From Selaginella moellendorffii (lineage: Eukaryota; Plantae; Lycopodiophyta): DNA of 64,000 nt. The stretch's first letter is position 1. Every line of letters begins with the position of its first letter. The position numbers were made by a program, and so were the translations under genes. The notes under the pieces are model-generated. The model saw nothing but the letters and a program-made list of their open reading frames with translations. It was not told where the DNA came from and ran no database searches. The DNA is taken from assembly GCF_000143415.4 (NCBI RefSeq), contig NW_003314271.1, positions 2,276,806 to 2,340,805 on the forward strand, read 5' to 3'. Of the stretch, positions 63,520 to 64,000 are shown in pieces.

Positions 63520-64000
63520 TGGTCCCTCAATATTGCTAGATGATAGTTTACCGTGTCTGCCAAACACCCTCGCTATCATGCCCTTTGTGTTGGTCTCATT
63601 TCAGTCCCAAATGCTATTTATGGAAAGTGTCCAGATTTGCTCATTTGGCATATCTACGGAATGTAGAGATCGGCCTGAACACAATGGTGTTCGTCCCATA
63701 TCCAAATTCACAATCTAAGGACATTCCATAATTAGTAAATTTCGAGTTTGTCCCAGAGACTAACTCCTAATACTAAGGGAGGCTTGGGGTGAAAGCCCAA
63801 AGCGTGTGTTCCTCAAGGGGGGGGGGGGGGGCTGTGGGGGGTTCCAAATGTATAGTAGGGATAGTGGGTAGGTCGGGCATGGTCGACCAACCTGAGGCAT
63901 AGTCTAGCTCCCGCTTGCGTGCCTGTCCTTGTTCTGCGTCCAGCTTGGGTCTAAGCCCAAGTTCCATTCCATGCTAGCTGGTGGAGTACCCATATCCTCA
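63520..64000 (-). repeat. LTR/TE-terminal repeat, less decayed inverted copy of 10900-11380
   Basis: Alignment by eye; continues to the window edge. Confidence 0.85.

Overview
Eukaryotic plant genomic DNA, most likely the lycophyte Selaginella (probably S. moellendorffii). This is inferred from the mostly 45-70 nt introns, very short intergenic spacers, a cilium gene (IFT22) and a microbial-type terpene synthase. Gene-dense blocks contain HIG1, KNL1, IFT22, a calcineurin-B-like gene, an HMA2-type Zn/Cd P1B-ATPase, an MTPSL, tRNA-Gly, UXS (with a U12 AT-AC intron), an FPF1-like gene, two RsmH/MraW paralogs, PLAT, a phytocyanin, an RH3-like DEAD-box helicase, tRNA-Arg and a macrodomain gene. 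These alternate with decayed Ty3/gypsy-rich blocks (~9.7-17 kb, ~40-42.7 kb, ~54.5-64 kb) and two mosaics of gene fragments. The most striking observation is in 27.7-46.5 kb. Three probably organelle-targeted proteins carry long Gly/Ser/Tyr low-complexity regions: two stand-alone proteins and the C-terminal tail of the DEAD-box helicase. They share short non-repetitive motifs (GKTWxNP, NPTTPNAxTDxGWRKG, IDxMRxxYF) and sit beside a canonical and a motif-degenerate 16S rRNA methyltransferase. This is a candidate lineage-specific organellar RNA-condensate / ribosome-biogenesis module. All identifications come from reading motifs by eye; no searches were run.
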